Assembly (NCBI GenBank): GCA_964106645.2
Contig: OZ067050.1
Reading direction: 5' to 3' (one strand)
Source: Podarcis pityusensis
Taxonomy: Eukaryota
Length of the DNA stretch: 64,000 nucleotides
Below are positions 63,051 through 64,000 of the stretch, piece after piece. Position 1 is the first letter of the stretch. The number at the start of each line of letters is the position of its first letter. The notes under the pieces are model-generated. The model searched no databases, was not told the origin of the DNA, and was given only the letters and a program-made list of their open reading frames with translations. The position numbers and the translations under genes are program-made.

Positions 63051-64000
63051 GCTGAGATGGCTAGTTAAGAGGACTTTGTTAGACAGTTAATAAGGGGAGA
63101 TGAAAGTAAAGCTGTAGCGACTTTTTCCAAGGAAGGGGGATCATCTGCCCAAGGTGGTAGTGCTTGTGAAGTTGGTCACTCCTTTAGTGTAACAAGAATA
63201 TTGACTGGGGTGCTGGGATTGAGGCTGTTCCTGTGAAGGAGACAGAAGTGTTTCAGAGTCTGTATTGGAGTGTAGCTGGGCTAAAATGAGGGGGAAACAT
63301 AAATGGATTGTATACAGATTGTGTAATGACTAATGTGGGTAGGAAGGGTGAAATTAAAATTTTAAGGTAGGTAGGTGAGGGTTTTTATAAATTTGCACCT
63401 CCAAACCAGCATAATCATAGTGCAGTATTGGAGGAAGGGGACCATACAGCTAGGCAGTCTTGTATGTAGTGGTGATTAGATAGAAGAAGATAAGAGTAGT
63501 GAGTGGTGAGGGTGTTAATTGACTTGGAAAACAGCCAAAATGATCACTGTTGATTTGAAGAGTGCTAATAGATAACCAAGTCGTGTGGGTGAACAGGTTT
63601 AATATTTAAAAGATAAAAAGAACTGGGGTGTACTGCAGGGAAATAATTAGGAAACTTAAGATATGTGAATTTTAGTCGATGTGGATCTGTTTGTTAGAGT
63701 GAAAGGACTGCATAATGGGGTGCTATTTCGAATGTATCTAGGCAGTGGTATTGTATGATGGCTCACATTGGCAAATAGTGTTGCATTTGATGAGAGAGAT
63801 GTATCTATTTATTACATTTACGCCCCATGCTTCTTCCAAGGAGCTCAGGTTTTGCCCCATTTTTCCCCCTCCCTGTGGTAGGTTAGACTGAGAGGTAGTA
63901 ACTAGCTTAAGATCACATTGTGAGACTTATGACTGTAGAAATGAACTTAGATTTCCCTAATCCCATGTCCAGCATTTTATTCCCTATGCCACCCTGACGT

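Overview
Vertebrate nuclear DNA, most likely a lacertid lizard judging by its Sauria-type, Squam3-like and POM/Squam2-like SINEs (inference). It matches the conserved block that lies 3' of the HOXB cluster: SKAP1 (+) -> <- SNX11 (-) <- -> CBX1 (+). Directly readable: (1) the last coding exon of SKAP1 (27304-27402, SH3 C-terminus), preceded by at least 27 kb of intron in which I found no other SKAP1 coding exon; (2) a complete SNX11 reading frame in six coding exons on the minus strand (53300 to 44806, 218 aa, all GT-AG and phase-consistent) with a CpG-island promoter near 57.3-58.2 kb; (3) a second, divergent CpG-island promoter and non-coding first exon at about 61.8-63 kb, assigned to CBX1 by synteny only. 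The rest is intronic or intergenic: CR1, L1 and RTE fragments, tRNA-derived SINEs, hAT and Tc1/pogo-type MITEs with visible TIRs and TSDs, several nested insertions, microsatellites, and repeat-free motif-dense blocks that look like developmental (probably HoxB) enhancers. I found no convincing new biological system. The best leads are a uORF/CUG arrangement at the SNX11 start, paired PBX-HOX sites in the SKAP1 intron, a MITE loaded with promoter motifs, and a bipartite RTE element whose 5' end may hold a ribozyme remnant. Family names and human comparisons are from memory, not database searches.
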